From: Cenarchaeum sp.
GTDB lineage: Archaea > Thermoproteota > Nitrososphaeria > Nitrososphaerales > Nitrosopumilaceae
Assembly (NCBI GenBank): GCA_965206845.1
Contig: OZ242221.1
Span: forward strand, 1,504,001 to 1,568,000
Direction of reading: 5' to 3'
Length of the DNA stretch: 64,000 nt
Below are positions 23,789 to 34,600 of the stretch, piece by piece. Made by a program: the position numbers and the translations under genes. Positions within the stretch are counted from its first letter, which is position 1. Every line of letters begins with the position of its first letter. The notes under the pieces are model-generated. The model had not been told where the DNA came from. It saw only the letters and a list, made by a program, of their open reading frames with translations, and did not search any database.

Positions 23789-25252
23789 CTAGGCTGGATT
23801 GCCCGACTGGTTGCCGCGCCTTGCCTTCTGTAGCGTAGCATGGCGTCCGGTAGCCCACTTGCGAAGCCGGCCGCTTGGCAAGCCGCCGCGCCTCGTCCGC
23901 TGTTGGGCGTGCTCTTTTTGCGCCGTCAGGCCTATTGTGGTGATTATGACCGACGTCAGAATGACGAAGAAGACGATCTGCGGATATGCCTCGCCGTTTT
24001 GCAGTCCCAGAGTAATGGGCAGCGCGGCCAGCACAGCCGCTGCTAGGCCACGGGGAATCATCACCTTGGTTACATTGCGGTCCAGAATCGAGAGCCGGCC
24101 GTGGAGGACTGCCCTTGTGATGAGTACTCTTCCTGCGTATATCCCGACGGTGGCGATGATGCCGAAGATCACAAACTCGAGATCGCCAAAACTGGCAAGC
24201 AGTCCGATGAAGACAAAGAAGAAGACGCGGACCAGAAATGTAAGGTGGTTGTGCACCGAGTCGCCCATCTCCACATTCCGTATCTTGATCCTGAGTATGC
24301 GTGACAGTCTCCTCCTGTTCCCAATCATCAGTCCAAAGATCAGCGCCGTAAGCGCACCAGACTCGCCCAGGTGGTTTGCCAGGAAGTACAGCACGAACAG
24401 CATACCAAGTGTCAGCATGTATGCATGCTGCGTTTTGGCGATCTTTGACGTTATGATCATCCACGGGATTCCGACGCCCAGTCCCAGCACCAGACCTACG
24501 GCCATCGAACTGCCGATGGTCTGGACCACCTGACCGACGCTGAACATCCCGGAGATGATGGCCTCAAACATGACAAAGGCGATAATGGTGGCAAGGACAT
24601 CCGTGATCGCCGACTCGAAGGCAAGCATGTTCTTTGCATTCTCGGATATCGTAAGGTTCCTTACCAGGCCAAACACGATGATGGAGCTCGAGCCGCCCAC
24701 GATGCTGCCCAGTAGGATGCTGTCCAGCCACTCCCAACCTATTACATAATGCGCGAGCACTGCCACTATTATCACCGAGACGGCAAAGCCTGCAACGGCA
24801 AGGATTGCGGCGATGTGTCCTGTCTTTTTCAGGTGCCTGAGATCCAGGTTCATCCCGCCGTCGAACATGATCATTATCAGCGCTATGGCGGCAAAGTATG
24901 GAACGATCTCTACCACCGTCTCCTGTTCTACTATTCCCATGACGGGTCCAATGACCATGCCCAGCACCAGCAGAAACACCACATCGGGAATTCCGGTTCT
25001 TTTAAAGAAGGCCTCGCCGGCAACTCCAAGGAAGATTATGATCCCCGCCGTCAGAAGCAGAACCGTGGCTAAATTTGCACTCCCCTCGCCAAGCGCGAAC
25101 ACGCCGGCATTGCCGAGCAGTCCGTGCATCTGACTCAACCAGTCATTCCTGTACATCTCAACAAGATCACCTAATTGATACATGCCCGTAGTCCAATTCG
25201 ACACGATCTCCTCACCAAGGGATTCGCTAAGGTACGATTTCACTACATCCAT
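23789..25252 (-). CDS. CPA1/NhaP-type cation:proton antiporter (5' end probably split by the IS)
   Basis: MFDGG, FESAITDV, FFFVFIGL, IPRGLAAAVLA; about 12 TM segments. Confidence 0.9.
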   Translation of the reverse strand: MDVVKSYLSESLGEEIVSNWTTGMYQLGDLVEMYRNDWLSQMHGLLGNAGVFALGEGSANLATVLLLTAGIIIFLGVAGEAFFKRTGIPDVVFLLVLGMVIGPVMGIVEQETVVEIVPYFAAIALIMIMFDGGMNLDLRHLKKTGHIAAILAVAGFAVSVIIVAVLAHYVIGWEWLDSILLGSIVGGSSSIIVFGLVRNLTISENAKNMLAFESAITDVLATIIAFVMFEAIISGMFSVGQVVQTIGSSMAVGLVLGLGVGIPWMIITSKIAKTQHAYMLTLGMLFVLYFLANHLGESGALTALIFGLMIGNRRRLSRILRIKIRNVEMGDSVHNHLTFLVRVFFFVFIGLLASFGDLEFVIFGIIATVGIYAGRVLITRAVLHGRLSILDRNVTKVMIPRGLAAAVLAALPITLGLQNGEAYPQIVFFVILTSVIITTIGLTAQKEHAQQRTRRGGLPSGRLRKWATGRHATLQKARRGNQSGNPA

Positions 25253-25264
25253 CAGGCTTGCCAG

Positions 25265-26497
25265 GGCTGTGTCCTAGAGATATAACCCCACAATCATCCG
25301 CCGTCGTCGCGTCGGTACAGGTATTCTTCGAATTCTTGGGATTGTGGCATTTTTCACATACCGCCGGCTTCAAATGTTGTCCGAAACTGTAAAATCCCAT
25401 CCGATCCAAGGGATGGTGCGCAGGCTCCCCCACGGACGGCGCGGAGGTCACCGCGCCAGTCAGGCAGCCATTGCAGTGAGCGACTCGTGCGTGAGCCTGC
25501 CGCTTTTTACGTGCGATCGCGCGACCACCTCGATGTTGTAGCAGATGACCCGGATTGCTATCTCCCGGCTCTGCCGGGCGCGCCTGCGGCTCCTGAGGTG
25601 GTTCCCATACATTCTCTTGATTGCCCCAAAGACGGCCTCGATGATGCTGCGCTGGTGGTACTCGTCCATGAACCGGGCCAGCTCGTCCCTGTGCGTCCTG
25701 GTCATATCACCCCAGGCCTGGCTGCCCCAGTTCTTGCAGACGGTGTTGGATTTGGGCCGGATGCGCGGTGTCATGCCCTTGGCAGCTATCGTGTCGCAAA
25801 TCTTCCTTGCCAGGTAGGCCGAATCCAGGCAGAAGAAACCAGTGCCCTCTTCGATCCTCCCCAGCATCGGCCACAATCCTGTGATGTCGGAGGCGTACCC
25901 GTCGGTGACTAGGTAGTCTAGGACGGTCCTGGTGGAGACATCGACGATGCTGTGCAGCTTGACCCAGCCGCGCTTGAGCCTGACCTGGTCGTGGCGGATG
26001 CTGAACCACCGGACGAACCTGTTGCTGGAGTAGCCGGTGCTGCCCCCGGCCAACGAGCCGGTCACCATGACGTCGCCGATGATCCTCGTGCGGACCTCCC
26101 GCAGGTACGGCTCGGGGATCATGCCGTAGGCGCGCCATATGGTGCTCTTTGAGGGTATCTTGAGCAGCCCTATCTTCATGGCGAGGCCCCGGTTCATCCT
26201 GAGGTGGCCCACCATCTTTCGGTAGGTGCGCGCCTCTGCTTCCATGAGAATGCAGACGACGGCCATGGCCTTTGGCGGGTAGGCGGTCATGCCGCCCAGT
26301 CCGGGCCTGGCCCGGTATGGGTCGCCCAGATCCTCAACTATCCCCAGTATCGTGCTCAGTATGAGGCCCGGCAGATGCTGCTGGACCAGCTCGTATGGTC
26401 GCTGATCGCGTTTTCCTTTTTTCATTAGGTCGGGCCGCGATCATCGGATCATTATGCCTTGCGATTTTGGGGGAGTATATGTCCGTGGGACACAGCC
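25265..26497 (-). mobile_element. IS5-family insertion sequence (family A ends)
   Basis: TIRs GGCTGTGTCC / GGACACAGCC; perfect 9-bp duplication GCTTGCCAG. Confidence 0.92.
25460..26425 (-). CDS. IS5-family transposase, first catalytic Asp replaced by Gly
   Basis: LAGGSTG here versus VAGDSTG in the paralog at 50948; WVKLH, CLDSAY and YHQRSIIEAVF retained. Confidence 0.88.
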   Translation of the reverse strand: MKKGKRDQRPYELVQQHLPGLILSTILGIVEDLGDPYRARPGLGGMTAYPPKAMAVVCILMEAEARTYRKMVGHLRMNRGLAMKIGLLKIPSKSTIWRAYGMIPEPYLREVRTRIIGDVMVTGSLAGGSTGYSSNRFVRWFSIRHDQVRLKRGWVKLHSIVDVSTRTVLDYLVTDGYASDITGLWPMLGRIEEGTGFFCLDSAYLARKICDTIAAKGMTPRIRPKSNTVCKNWGSQAWGDMTRTHRDELARFMDEYHQRSIIEAVFGAIKRMYGNHLRSRRRARQSREIAIRVICYNIEVVARSHVKSGRLTHESLTAMAA

Positions 26498-26598
26498 GCT
26501 TGCCAGTACTATCAGATCCGGGTGTATCGTCATCTACCGGTGGCGCCTCGTGCTTTCAACTCGAAGTAATGGAAAAAGAAGCAGTTTATGACAGTTCT

Positions 26599-26812
26599 GA
26601 TCGCTTGTAATGCCATTATCACACGGGTTCAGTGCTCTGCGGGCCGTCATGTGAGACCAGATCCGTGCCTGGAACCTGAGATGCATGCCAGATGCCATGT
26701 GTGTCGGGTCGGGCAGAGACGTCCAGCGTCCGTGACGCTGCCATGGTGCGGGCATTCCGGCGTGAATGCGGCATTTTGTACACTGTTTAACGGGTCTGTC
26801 GGAATCCACATA
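26599..26812. repeat. ~215-bp non-coding repeat, copy 1
   Basis: Apparently identical, in inverted orientation, to 39831-40044. Confidence 0.9.
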
Positions 26813-27442
26813 CCATATGCGGCTTATTGTGGACCCTTCCACCCGCTCCAACCTACACTGTTCAGTTTTTAGGCTATTTTCCATCAATATATGCAACCTG
26901 CAAGGTTTCCTTATCCGAGCAGGTTGGCGTTCGGTGTGGAATTTGCCGTTGCCTCACAACCGGCGGGACGAAAAGGATCATTACGATCCAGCGCAGGCAT
27001 GCGTGCGCCCTGCCGTCTTGCACGGCGCAGAACGTCTTGATTGTCTTGTTCAGTTTTTTCAGGCGCCACAGCGGCATGAACCTGAACCCCGCAGGAATGC
27101 GCTCACGTTTGCGTCGCTGCACCGTGCCTGTCCAATGGGAACTTGCAGTCTGACCTTTTGGGCTTTTTTCTGCGGCAGGCTTCATGACAGATCCTACAAC
27201 CAAGCTGGATCAAAGTATTTTTTGTCAGGCAGTTCAGAACCAGACAGGATGTTGGGGGCAGTATTGATCAGACTACGATTGCCGGAACTATGCTTGAGAA
27301 CAGGCATTTGCAGATGATCTGTTCTGCACTGATCGCCACTGCAGCAGTCAGACTGTTCTGGGAGTAGCTGGAATAGATGTGTCGCAGAGTCCAATCTTTG
27401 TCCTGCATGCGTTGCCATCTGGCACCGCCGTATTCGGACCTG

Positions 27443-27580
27443 AGATGTGATTCGTAATTAGCACGCAGGCATATTAGAGCACGATCTTTGGCATAATCAT
27501 ACGAAAGTTGCATGCTTTGGAGCACACATCTGTAAGATTATGGGCATCGAAGGCCCGATTCTTAATTGCGGATCATGTCT
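27443..27580. mobile_element. 138-bp MITE (family B)
   Basis: TIRs AGATGTGATTCGTAATTA / TAATTGCGGATCATGTCT; 3-bp duplication CTG; identical to 49980-50117. Confidence 0.93.
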
Positions 27581-27743
27581 CTGCCCTGTACCCTGACGGC
27601 GGGAGCATGACAGCCAAGGCCGTTTGGGGGTGTCCGGCAGTGTGCGGTTCGGGCGTGCAGAAAGACGGCATGCATCGTGCTTGCCAATTTTTATCACCCA
27701 CGCTATGAGCGTACGACTCCAGCCCGCCTTGGCCTAGTCTGGA

Positions 27744-29180
27744 TCATTGAGGAAGTATGGTAAATGTAGAACGGTAGTATCCGGAACCAAAGATGTACCC
27801 ATCGTGCACCAGCAGGTAGGAGTGTTTTTCCTCTTCAAATTCCGTTCCAGGAATCTTATACACATACTCTACCCAGACGCCCTTGCCGTCTTGCAGTTCA
27901 GTGAGAATCTCCTCTGGCGTCTTGTTCGTAAAACCGGTCTGGCTCAGTATTGCTGACGGGGTGTTGATCCTTTCTTCTGGATATGCGCCGTGCGCCGCAA
28001 TAGTCAGGCTAGCAGGATCTATGACAAACGGATAGTGGGGGGTGAGATTCTCGGATTGTGCGTTGATGTTGGCAAACGCGTTCTCCTTGTCTGCATCATA
28101 CATGCGGATGGTCTCTTCAACCACGCCTACGACCTTGTCGGCTGCCGGATAAAAGTAGCCTGTGCCAAAGATGTATCCGTCATGGAGCCTGTAAAAGTTT
28201 CGTTTTTGATCTGGTTCGCCAGTTATGGGATTAACAATCAGTATGTACTTTTGGGCACCCTTCCCCGTCTCGGCCATGGTATCAGCAATTACGTTAAATG
28301 GTACGTCTACAGTGCTGGTAGAGGAGCCGGACGAGATGGCACCGACAAGGTCTGGGCGTAATGGAATCGCCATTACTTCGCCGGTATAAGGTTCAACGGC
28401 AAACGGATAATTCACAGTAGGCTTTGTAATCATGGCGTTGATGGCATCAAATCCGCCCTCTTCATACAGCGCAATAGCATCGTCAAGTATGCGGTTCATC
28501 TTGTCCTCGATTGAGTAATAGTATCCGGCTCCAAAGACATGTCCGTCATGCATCACAATCCAGGATCGCTTGAGCCCGTCCTCGTTGGTCTCAGGATCTA
28601 GAAATATGTAGTCAACCCAGACGCCCCCGGTGTTTTGCAGATCTTCGATTAGTATGTCATGCGGCGTGTCAGAATACTGGCTTATTATGGACGCAGCAGT
28701 GCCGACCCTTTCCGGAAGCAGGCCGTGCGCCAGAACCTCATCAAGATCACCATTCAAGACAAATGGGTAGTGCGCGACTGGATTGCCTGCAAGTGAGGTG
28801 ATTTTGGCAAACGCGTTCTCCTTGTCTGCATCATACATGCGGATGGCCTCTTCAACCACGCGCTGAATCTCCGGCACCCCGGCATCGGTAATCATGTATA
28901 TGGTACGGGCAAATGACTCATGGAGAACCAGCTCCACGCCACGCTCCAGAAGAGAACCATACGTGGATGCAGATATGCAAACTGGGGTCTGGGAGTCCCT
29001 TATGTACAGATCCCTTGGCGCATTGCACTGTATGGCATCAATAGAAACCCCGTCTCTTTGCTGCTGGAGTGGGGTCGGATATTCGGCAGTGGCCGCATAT
29101 GCCGCATCGATAGTGATTGTACCAGCTAAGGCTGTGACTGCAATCAAGAATATGATTTTGATATCTCTGAGCTGATCCAT
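27744..29180 (-). CDS. Secreted protein with three tandem single-Cache-like domains
   Basis: Signal peptide, 'TPLQQ..GV....I.C......PVC' thaumarchaeal N-terminal motif, then three units of YPF...(G.WV.Y..P)...K....HDGY(H)IFG.GY. Confidence 0.82.
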   Translation of the reverse strand: MDQLRDIKIIFLIAVTALAGTITIDAAYAATAEYPTPLQQQRDGVSIDAIQCNAPRDLYIRDSQTPVCISASTYGSLLERGVELVLHESFARTIYMITDAGVPEIQRVVEEAIRMYDADKENAFAKITSLAGNPVAHYPFVLNGDLDEVLAHGLLPERVGTAASIISQYSDTPHDILIEDLQNTGGVWVDYIFLDPETNEDGLKRSWIVMHDGHVFGAGYYYSIEDKMNRILDDAIALYEEGGFDAINAMITKPTVNYPFAVEPYTGEVMAIPLRPDLVGAISSGSSTSTVDVPFNVIADTMAETGKGAQKYILIVNPITGEPDQKRNFYRLHDGYIFGTGYFYPAADKVVGVVEETIRMYDADKENAFANINAQSENLTPHYPFVIDPASLTIAAHGAYPEERINTPSAILSQTGFTNKTPEEILTELQDGKGVWVEYVYKIPGTEFEEEKHSYLLVHDGYIFGSGYYRSTFTILPQ

Positions 29181-29227
29181 TTAATATTGCAAATGAGTCA
29201 TAATTAATAAATATTTTATCATCAGAG

Positions 29228-30092
29228 GCTGTGTCCTATGAATAAAAACCACCACTCTCTGCATGGTGACTGAGACACCGGGCGTCTCATAATTTGCAGA
29301 CACCGCGGCAGCTCCGCTTCACTGATCATCCGGAAACCATAAAATCGTCCCGTTCCAAGGCACAGTGCGCAGGCTCCGCTGGGCAGGCGCGGTGGAGGCC
29401 GCGCCGGTCATGCAGTCATGGTAGCGATCATCTTCGGTGTGAGCCTGCCGTCCCTTGCCTTCGATCTGGCCACGAGTTCTATGTTGTAACAGATTATCCG
29501 AATTGCAATCTCCCTGCACTGGTTCTCCGGCTTGTGGCAACGCGTGTGGTTTCCGTACGTCTTCTTGATGGCGCCAAACACCGCCTCTATGATGCTGCGC
29601 TGGTGGTACTCCGACTTGAGCGTGTCCGGATCCTGCACGGACAGGTCTACCATCTCGCACCACGCCTGGCTTCCAAAGGCGTTGTGAACCGTGTTGGATT
29701 TTGGCTTGATGCGCGGCACCATGCCCATCTTCGATATCGCGCTGCACACATCCCTTGCAAGGTAGACCGAATCCAGGCAGAAGTGGCCCGCGCCCCCCTA
29801 GAATCTGGCCAGCATGCTTCGCAGTCCAATGATGTCGGCCACGTTGCTGGCCGTCACGAGGTAGTCGAGCACCACCCCCGTGCGTATGTCGATGATGCTG
29901 TGGAGCCTGACCCAACCCCTCTTGGTTTTCACGCTGTCGGTCCGCACGTCATACCACCTGACGAAGCCGCTGTCAGAGTATCCCGTGCTGTCCCCTGCCA
30001 CCGATCCTGCAGATATTTCGCAGATGACCCTGCGGTGTACTTCCGCCAGGTACCGATCCGGAATGAGGCCGTAGGCGCGGGCAATGGTGCTC
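29228..30092 (-). pseudogene. Truncated IS5-family element (copy of 50767-51980) with a nonsense mutation
   Basis: Near-identical to the 3' part of the 50767 IS; GAG>TAG at about 29798-29800; 5' part replaced by the next IS. Confidence 0.9.
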
Positions 30093-30095
30093 GTG

Positions 30096-31298
30096 GTTGG
30101 TGCGTAATTCTCCGAACCGCCTAGACCCGTCCGATACGTTCAATGATCCGCGATCTCCCGCACGCGGCAATGAGCGAACACAACAGACGGGAAGGATACT
30201 GGCAGTATTATGAACTGGCAAAGGAAGTCGAGGCGCCTAGTCTGAAGAGGACGCTGATCGAGATAATCCGGGAGAACCCTTGCCCGCGCCGAGAAAACGA
30301 CAACAGGGGCCGTCCCCCGGTTCACTCCAAGAAGAAACTGGATTTTGCCTGTCTGCTGATGATGGCAGACAACAACACCTATCGCGGGGTCGAATCGGAT
30401 CTGCGTGACATGCGGACGCCATGGGACAACGAGCCAGTCCCGGACCATACCACACTGGTCAGGCACCTCCAGACGATACCGGCAGACTGACTCGATCTGA
30501 TCGTGGCCGAGACGGCCCGCCGCTGCATCAAGGAGGCGGACGAGGCGACGGGCCCGCTGGGCGCCGACAGCAGCGCGGCGGAGACCACTAGGTACGAATA
30601 CGTCGAGAGGCCGAACAGGGAGGAGCGCAACTTTGTCGAGACACGCCAAAAGACCTACTGGAAATACCACATAACGGCCATCTTGGGCCTGCAGATTGTG
30701 CTGGTGGCGTTCACCGCGCCCAGCAACATCAACGACACGACCATGCTTCCAGTCATGCTGGCTGAGATCAGGCGTCGCGGGTTTGACTTTGCGGGGAACT
30801 TCTTTGACGGGGACAAGGGGTACGACTCTGACTACAACTGCGAGCTGCTGCTCTGGATGGGCATGATCCCCAACATCAGGCAACGGAAGGATGCCGTCAA
30901 CCGTGGCAAATCACACAGGAGGAAGGCGGCTGGCATGTTCAGCGATGGCGAGTACAGAAAGAGGGCCCTGATAGAGGGCATCTTCGGGGCCGAGGAGACC
31001 CGGCGACACCAGCTGCACTGCCGGTTTGTCTTGGAGGACAACCGGCGCCGGTTCGCCAAGGGAAGGGCGATCGCCTGGAACATCCGGGTTCTCAACCGGT
31101 TCGAGTGCGCCAACCGGCTAAACATACCGATACCCTCCTACGGCGGCATGGCGCACGTGGAGTGCGCCTGATGATCCGACCCGTCAGTAACTGATCACGG
31201 CGTGCGGGCAACAAAAGCCCGACACGCACCAAAGCACCGCCGGTGAAGACGCGGCGGGAGACACACATGGGCAGGACAGGGCAGAATTACGCACCAAC
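30096..31298 (+). mobile_element. IS5/IS4-superfamily element with a pseudogenised transposase
   Basis: Perfect 16-bp TIR GTTGGTGCGTAATTCT / AGAATTACGCACCAAC; DDE motifs GADSS, DGDKGYD, RALIEGIFG; in-frame TGA at 30488-30490 splits two same-frame ORFs. Confidence 0.88.
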
Positions 31299-31496
31299 TC
31301 CGTATTATATGGGTCAGGTGCATTCGGAGAGGAGGTGTTTGTGGTCATGTTTCGTAGCCTGACTACCGGCACACCTCTCTGATCAATATGGCTTCTTGTT
31401 GAAAATGCCTGATACGAAGCTCAAATTCAGTTGGCATTGCCTAATCTGACCTGGTTTTGGAACCGTTAGGCGTGACTGTAAATAATTAGGAAACAG

Positions 31497-31624
31497 AGTT
31501 TGTTTCCCAATTTCGATAAACGCCTCTGAGTTGCCACAAAGAACACGATCCTCGTGTGACTTGGCGCTGTTTACGGACTAAATTAATCGTAAAAGTGCGA
31601 AATGTCTGAATTGGGCAATAAAGT
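31497..31624. mobile_element. MITE family D, second (diverged) copy
   Basis: Aligns along its full length with 15956-16084. Confidence 0.85.
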
Positions 31625-31673
31625 TTATTTTACCTATAGAGTTATTAAAGGATGCATAATTTGCTTCGACAAC

Positions 31674-34600
31674 TTGGATAAGAGTTTGTATGCCTTGCTT
31701 ATGCTTTCAGCAGTTTGTGCAGGTGCGTGTTACGACAATGGGACAGAAGGTGGAGCGTACGCAGAGGTTGATGCCGCTCCCATGGTGGCCAACACGGCTT
31801 CGTACTACGTGCAGCACGCTCTGGATGCGGACGCGGCGGCGGACATGCCGGTTCTTGGTGAAAACGGCGCGACGGCGCCCTCCGAGGGCATGGAGGCGCG
31901 ATCCGGCGCGCAGGACGAGGCCGCCTTTGTGACCACTTGGCAGACTGCCCGGGCAGACGAGGGAATAACGATCCCGGTGGGCGGGGCGACAGGAACATAC
32001 ACGGTCGACTGGGGAGACGGCAGCACCACCACGCATACGGGGGATGCCACGCACGTGTACGGTGTCGCCGGAACCTACACTGTTCAGATATCCGGCGACT
32101 TTACCAGAATCTATCTGGGCGGCGGCGAGGCCAACGCGCAAAAGCTGCAGTCGATAGAGCAATGGGGGGACGTCGGATGGGATTCAATGATGTCGGCATT
32201 TTATGGAGCGACAAACATGGTATACAACGCAACGGATGCCCCGGACTTATCCGGCGTGACCAGCATGGCAGACATGTTCCACAACGCCGCCCTCTTTGAC
32301 GGCGACATCTCCGGCTGGGACGTCTCGTCGGCGACTGACATGGGCAGCATGTTCTTCAACGCCCGCTCCTTCAACCAGCCCCTCAACGGATGGAACGTCT
32401 CATCCGTGGAAGACATGTCTTTTATGTTCAGCGGAGCCACCTACTTTGACCAGCCCCTCAACGGATGGAACGTCTCATCCGTGGAAGACATGTCTTTTAT
32501 GTTCAGCGGAGCCACCTACTTTGACCAGCCCCTCAACGGATGGAACGTCTCATCCGTGGAAGACATGTCTTTTATGTTCAGCAGTACCTCTTTCTTTAAC
32601 CAGCCTCTTGACTCCTGGGACGTCTCGTCGGTGGCCGACATGAACAGAATGTTCGCCGGCGCCACCGCCTTCAACGGCGACATCTCAAACTGGAATGTTT
32701 CGTCTGTCACCGACATGAGCGGGATGCTGTCTCGGGCTTATGCCTTTGATCAGAATTTAGGTGACTGGTACATCGTCTTGGATGATGCGGCTATCGATTA
32801 CGGTGACGCGCCAGGGGTCGTCGGAAGTATATCTGCACAAAACCAGGCTCTCAACTATCAGAGTCCTGCATATCGTCTGGGATCGGGCGGCGACTCTGAC
32901 TTTTTTGAGATGGATGGCGCCCGTCTCAAAATGAAGGGCACTCCTGCGAAAGGCTCGTATTTTGTAACTCTGACTGCCACCGGCGACTTTGGCAGATCCA
33001 ATTCAAAGGTGGTGGAAGTTACAGTTACCGGAGTCCCTGCAGGTGTTGATGCCGTTCCCATAGTAGTCAGATCCACGACTGCAGACTACTTTGTGCTATA
33101 TGTGCGGCACGCTCTGGATCCGGACACGACGGTGGAGATGCCTGTCTTGGCGGTTCTTGGTGAAAACGGCACGACGGCACTTGCCGAGAGCGTGGAGGCG
33201 CTTTCCAAGGAGCGCTACCGGGTGGAGAAATACCTAGTCGCCGACCCTGCCGACGTTGACGGCGACGGCATCGACGATGTCACAGAACTCTCAGATCCGG
33301 TGGGCATGAACCCTGTGAACCCGGTCACCGCGTTAGATCCCGGCGACGGTGCCGTGTCTATTCCTGACTGGGACACATTCAAGGCGTTATCCTTTGACAT
33401 TCTTGGGATGAATTTTACGACCGTCAAGTTCGTCATACTCCACGCGGATACCGCCCTCCCGCATGTCTACTTTATGAACGGCACAAAGTATCCGGCGCAT
33501 TCTATCTTTCTGGATGTCCTAGGCGTCACGTCGTACTACGATGATTACATAACCGGTTCGATTACCTATGACCCGGAAATCGTTGCCCCCGATGGCAGCC
33601 TAGGAGTCTACCATTACGAGTTATCCTGGTGGACCACTGATACTCCGTTCAACCTGGTGGATCGCACTTATACCCTGCTTGCCGCAAACATGCCCCTGCT
33701 TGAGGACAACTTGGCCTTGCATGTGAGCAACCGTGAACTTCCGCTTTTCCAGTCCGACTTGCCATTATATGCAGCATCCCGCGTCAACCTCGTATTCGAC
33801 GACGACATACTCCCCGAAACCGACTTCCTTGCGTTGAATCCTGGAGAAGGGTACGGCATGCTGCAGACCATGGAACCAGACGAGCGCCCCAACCCCCGTG
33901 ACGTGGTAATCTACGAGGCGCTGCCCAACGAGCTGCCCCGCGTCGCCGGCATCATCAGCACCGTGCCTCAAACGCCGCTCTCGCATGTCAATCTGCGCGC
34001 CGTTCAAGACAGCGTGCCCAACGCCTTCATCCGCGACGTCCTAGAAGACGCCGGCATCGACGATCTTATCGGCAGCTACGTCTACTACAACGTGACCGAG
34101 GACGGATGGGACCTGCGCGCAGCCACCCGCGCAGAAGTCGATGCCCACTACGGTCATTCTCGGCCTACCGGGGAACAGGTGCCGCAACGGGATCTCTCGG
34201 TAACGTCGATCACCCCCCTCAGTGATGTTGGCTTTGAGGACTGGGAGGCGTTCGGCGTCAAGGCGGCGAATGTGGCCGTGCTGGGAAAGATGGGTTTCCC
34301 TGAAGGGACCGTCCCGGACGGGTTCGCGGTGCCGTTTTATTTCTACGACGAGTTCATGAAGGCCAACGGGCTCTACGCCCGCATCGATGCCATGCTGGCC
34401 GACCCTGCCTTACAGACTGACTTCGATGTCCAGGAGGACGAGCTCAAGAAGCTGCGCAAGGCGATAAAGAAGGCAGAGACACCCGCGTGGATAATCACGG
34501 AGCTAGAGGAGATGCACGGGGAGTTTTCCAATGGGATCTCCCTGCGCTACAGGTCCAGCACCAACAACGAGGATCTCCCCGGTTTCAACGGCGCGGGACT

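Noticed and set aside
30488-30490. In-frame TGA as selenocysteine or programmed readthrough
   Set aside because: It lies in a transposase where TGG>TGA is the simpler explanation; no SECIS-like element recognised
31602-31673. ORF-track start of the 2160-aa protein
   Set aside because: The ATG lies inside a family D MITE; TTG at 31674 follows a TATA-like box and gives a signal peptide
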